From an uncultured virus (IMG/VR IMGVR_UViG_3300034520_000374) (taxonomy: Duplodnaviria > Heunggongvirae > Uroviricota > Caudoviricetes), in the IMG/VR virus record IMGVR_UViG_3300034520_000374: a stretch of 30,137 bases of DNA; one strand, 5' to 3'. Positions within the stretch are counted from its first letter, which is position 1. Each line of letters begins with the position of its first letter. Shown here piece by piece: positions 27,136 through 30,137 of this stretch. The position numbers and the translations under genes are program-made. The notes under the pieces were generated by a model that was not told where the DNA came from, did not search any database, and was given only the letters and a program-made list of their open reading frames with translations.

Positions 27136-27723
27136 ATGGATAGGGAAACATTAAGGGAATTGGTGGTAGACTATAGGGAAAAGGGGTATACCTTCTCAAA
27201 AATAGCAGAAATACTTAGGGAGCAGTATGGTATCGTAAAGGACAGGCAGAGTATTCACGGTATTTACAAAAGAGCAATCAAGAATACAGATGAGAAAAAG
27301 GAGTTGCTCGTTAATATTGCCAACCTTTACGTATTAGGTTATAAAAAGGCAGAAATCAAAAATATACTGCTTGGAATGGGAATCAAAACGTCCTACTACA
27401 CAATCAGGAATGTTATTAATGAAAACGCTGATTATATGCGGGAGGTACAGCTTGGGTACGTTTACAAAATAGCAACCTCGATATCAGATGGGAAATATTT
27501 AGAGGAAATCAAAGAAAGCATAGCATACAAAGGTGCACTTCCAACTGATAAGGGGTTCAAAAAGCTGTTAATTGAGGCATACACGCTTATAGTCAAGGAG
27601 GCATGTACTAAAGAGATAGCAAAGGTGTACAGGGACACTGATGATAGCGAAATTGTTGAGCACGTAATAGACAAGTTGGGTGTTAGGGGTGTGACAGTAA
27701 AGGATATAAAGGCAAGGCTTTGA
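27136..27723 (+). CDS. Putative DNA-binding protein with tandem HTH-like units
   Basis: GYTFSKIAEILREQYGIVKDRQSIHGIY and GYKKAEIKNILLGMGIKTSYYTIRNVI; TAAGGAGGT RBS. Confidence 0.7.
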   Translation: MDRETLRELVVDYREKGYTFSKIAEILREQYGIVKDRQSIHGIYKRAIKNTDEKKELLVNIANLYVLGYKKAEIKNILLGMGIKTSYYTIRNVINENADYMREVQLGYVYKIATSISDGKYLEEIKESIAYKGALPTDKGFKKLLIEAYTLIVKEACTKEIAKVYRDTDDSEIVEHVIDKLGVRGVTVKDIKARL

Positions 27724-27761
27724 AAACATGATTGTTTGTAAACTACCATTGAGAGATTAGT

Positions 27762-27802
27762 AAAGCCATAAAGCTGGGCGTGAACAGCTTTATGGCTTTT
27801 TA
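27762..27802 (+). terminator. Rho-independent terminator
   Basis: AAAGCCATAAAGCTG-GGCGTGAA-CAGCTTTATGGCTTT followed by TT. Confidence 0.88.
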
Positions 27803-27883
27803 CATTGTATAAAGCATGCTTAGCCTTATGCAGGTGGGAGTATATAAGGTTTATACAGCATCTTTAAGGACGTAAGGAGGTTA

Positions 27884-27995
27884 AAAATAGTTTTTAGCTA
27901 TACATTAGCATAGTGAAAATAGGTTTGGTAAATGACATTAAAAAATAAACATAAGGTGAAAATAGTTTCTGTAGCTACATTTATATAGTGAAAAA
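27884..27995 (+). repeat. Imperfect ~37-bp direct repeat, 75-bp period
   Basis: AAAATAGTTTTTAGCTATACATTAGCATAGTGAAAAT (27884-27920) versus AAAATAGTTTCTGTAGCTACATTTATATAGTGAAAAA (27959-27995). Confidence 0.65.
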
Positions 27996-28128
27996 TGTTT
28001 CTAACGGAGGCATTGTTGGTGTAATCCGTAGGGTAAATTATTTGGTGCCTATGAAGAACATAGATATCAAAATAAGCTTATTTACATTTAACGGCATAGT
28101 TGACATATAAATAGTGGCAAAGCATTAG

Positions 28129-28245
28129 TTTTTGCTCAAGTTAGCCGAGTGTAATTGGTGTTTGAGTTGATAGCAAACGACAGTAAGTTTATAGTCGAAG
28201 TTTGGAAGTTCAACTGGTTGCGACCAGGTTCAGTTGAGCATAAAA
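28129..28245 (+). ncRNA. Candidate multi-branched structured RNA
   Basis: Closing helix TTTTGCTCAA/TTGAGCA(T)AAAA encloses three hairpins; folded by eye only. Confidence 0.25.
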
Positions 28246-28636
28246 TATCGTAGTCATAGACATATTAACGAAAAATTTTTACCTTGCTCGTGTGCATGAT
28301 ATTGATTTTTTCTTAGAGTTAGGGTAAAATTGAATGAGAGGCGGTTTTCTGGAGCGAAAAAGTGGTGTGAAACTGGGGTTCTGGGAAAAATAAAGGGTAG
28401 GCAGGGTATAAGGTAGAGGGTGAGGTTAAGGACAACTGGAGAAAATTTCAAGGGGATGAGGTTCGAAAGCGTTAAAGATTGGGCTAAGCATTGGAGTTGT
28501 GGCGAGAGCCGAAGGCAGGGTTGTGTAGCTACAGGATAGCACAGCGTAAGGCGATAGATTTAACTGGTTTATAGTACAGGAATAAGGCTAGATAAATGTT
28601 ACTTAAATAAAACATGTGTGAAGGAGTGGTAAAGCA

Positions 28637-29473
28637 TTGAAATACCGGAATTACTTCGATGAAGGTTACATCGGGAGTAGGCTGGGTTCCTTCGAAGTTG
28701 TCGGCATACACAAGAGCGAATTCGGCAGGGCAGCTATATGGGATTGTAAATGCAGTAAGTGTGGCAAGGTTATCAGTGTAGTGGCCAGTGAAGCCATTAA
28801 TGGCAGGCGTCTACAGTGCGAATGTGGGAACACATTCAGTAGCAAGGAAAGTTATGATGAATGGAAATTTAGTAATCTTGATACTATCAGGTTAAGAAAA
28901 ATATACAGACGTATGCTAAGTAGGTGCTACAACGAGAACGACAGGAGTTATAAGCTTTATGGCGGTGCAGGCATTTCTGTGTGCCTTGAGTGGTTGGTCA
29001 GCTTCAATAACTTTGTTGGTTGGGCCATAGCTAATGGATATAAGCCTTGGCTGGACCTAAAGCGTAAGAATAATAAGTATGACTTTTCACCTGAGAATTG
29101 CTACTGGGGAGTTATTAACTGCAACGATGAGGAAACTTGCATAAACAGTGAGGAAATTGAGGAGTTATGCAGGGAATTTGGTCTTGACCCTGAGAGGGTT
29201 AAAACGGACGTTCAAAATGGAAAAGTCAATATAGTGCATTTGAGAGACATGCTATCACGTGGGAACATCAATAAGTCACTTAAGAATGACATTAAAAAGC
29301 TTGCCAGGATACGTGGCGAGCTTGTGGAGCTTGGGACAAGGTTGAGGGCATACAGTTATGTAGGTAAGGCATGGCCTGGGATTGAACACGTTGAGAAAGA
29401 TGTGGACACTTGCATATACAGGTTAAGTAGCGCATTGAATCGTATGATAAAGGAGGTAGACGATAGTGAGTAA
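28637..29473 (+). CDS. Phage HNH-type homing-endonuclease family protein with degenerate active site and C-terminal helical extension
   Basis: WDCKCSKCG, RLRKIYRRMLSRCYN..SYKLYGGAGISVCLEW..F..WA..NGY, FSPENCYW; AAGGAGTGG RBS before TTG. Confidence 0.85.
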   Translation: MKYRNYFDEGYIGSRLGSFEVVGIHKSEFGRAAIWDCKCSKCGKVISVVASEAINGRRLQCECGNTFSSKESYDEWKFSNLDTIRLRKIYRRMLSRCYNENDRSYKLYGGAGISVCLEWLVSFNNFVGWAIANGYKPWLDLKRKNNKYDFSPENCYWGVINCNDEETCINSEEIEELCREFGLDPERVKTDVQNGKVNIVHLRDMLSRGNINKSLKNDIKKLARIRGELVELGTRLRAYSYVGKAWPGIEHVEKDVDTCIYRLSSALNRMIKEVDDSE

Positions 29474-30137
29474 CAGATTTACAAGGCAGCTCAAGGACTT
29501 GGTAGCAGATTTTACTGATGATAAAGGTAATATTCTTGAACAGCCAAAAGGCAGGTTTATAAGGAAGAAGCTAGACGAAAGGAGGTTGTTATTCCTTAGG
29601 AGATTTGTTGATTTACTTCTGAATACAAGATTTACATCCAAGGAAACTAAGTATTACATTTCCGATAGGTATATAACCATGGAGGGAGTGGCTGAAAAGC
29701 TTGCGCAAGATGGGAAGAAGGCATCTGTAGATAGCGTTAGCAATAGGGTGTGGTACGATAAGAATAAGATAATATCATGGTTTGGTGAAAAGGTAATCGT
29801 AGACATGACCGAGTACAGCAATATAAATATAGATGAGTACGAGAAAAAGCTTGAGGTGGCATTTTCGCAGTACGGAGGAAAGAGGCTCAACGACTATTTA
29901 GCAATAAAACTACCTGAGGGTAAGTATGAGGGCAAGCTGAGCAACGAGCAGTTTGTCAGACTGCTTGAGCTGCTAAAGCCGTATACTAGGAAGTATATGA
30001 AGAATCTTGCCAAGAGCATTCCTGCTGGACATATAGGATATTTGATGTATATCCTATCATCGAATATACTCGACGATGAGGATTTAAGGCGAAAGCGTGA
30101 ATTATGCGGTATGTTAGAAGGGGAGCCAGAGGATTAG
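29466..30137 (+). CDS. Hypothetical protein, possible HTH
   Basis: AAGGAGGT RBS before GTG; overlaps the upstream stop; ITMEGVAEKL..SVDSVSNRV is HTH-like; stop is at the last window base. Confidence 0.8.
   Translation: MSNRFTRQLKDLVADFTDDKGNILEQPKGRFIRKKLDERRLLFLRRFVDLLLNTRFTSKETKYYISDRYITMEGVAEKLAQDGKKASVDSVSNRVWYDKNKIISWFGEKVIVDMTEYSNINIDEYEKKLEVAFSQYGGKRLNDYLAIKLPEGKYEGKLSNEQFVRLLELLKPYTRKYMKNLAKSIPAGHIGYLMYILSSNILDDEDLRRKRELCGMLEGEPED

Noticed and set aside
28440..28560. tRNA or group I intron upstream of the HNH gene (GGTTCGAAAG resembles a T-loop)
   Set aside because: No cloverleaf or acceptor stem can be built, no interrupted host gene, and no recognisable P7 core.
816..29890. Numerous minus-strand ORFs in the six-frame track (e.g. 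9072-9677, 25584-26075, 2450-2929)
   Set aside because: Nearly all lie antisense to well-supported + strand genes, are Ser/Leu/Phe-rich mirror translations and lack motifs. The two in the 28.2-28.7 kb gap show no protein-like features.

Overview
About 30 kb of densely packed, entirely + strand genes with Bacillota-type RBSs (GGAGG) and roughly 40% GC by eye. It is most consistent with the replication/accessory region of a large phage or other large extrachromosomal element of a clostridial host; no virion, integrase, rRNA, tRNA or CRISPR features are visible. The left third (1-10961) is a replication/recombination cluster: family-A DNA polymerase (5' end outside the window) with a long C-terminal extension, a TOPRIM primase lacking a Zn-binding domain, a T4 gp32-like SSB with a GAGAGT-repeat leader, a beta-clamp-like protein, and an Mre11/SbcD nuclease whose Rad50/SbcC partner is split at the zinc hook into separate N- and C-terminal genes, with a small coiled-coil gene between them. 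The middle holds a type IIG-like N6-adenine methyltransferase/endonuclease fusion, a phosphodiester glycosidase, RDD and DUF4406-like genes, and a two-gene unit whose products appear to share a domain, the second being a 1255-aa VirD4/FtsK-like ATPase. The right part has YhaM, a membrane protein, a J-domain protein, an HTH protein, a ~910-bp non-coding region with repeats, structure and G-tracts, and an HNH-family protein with a degenerate active site. A manual scan found no GATC in the window. All family calls come from motif recognition by eye, not database searches.
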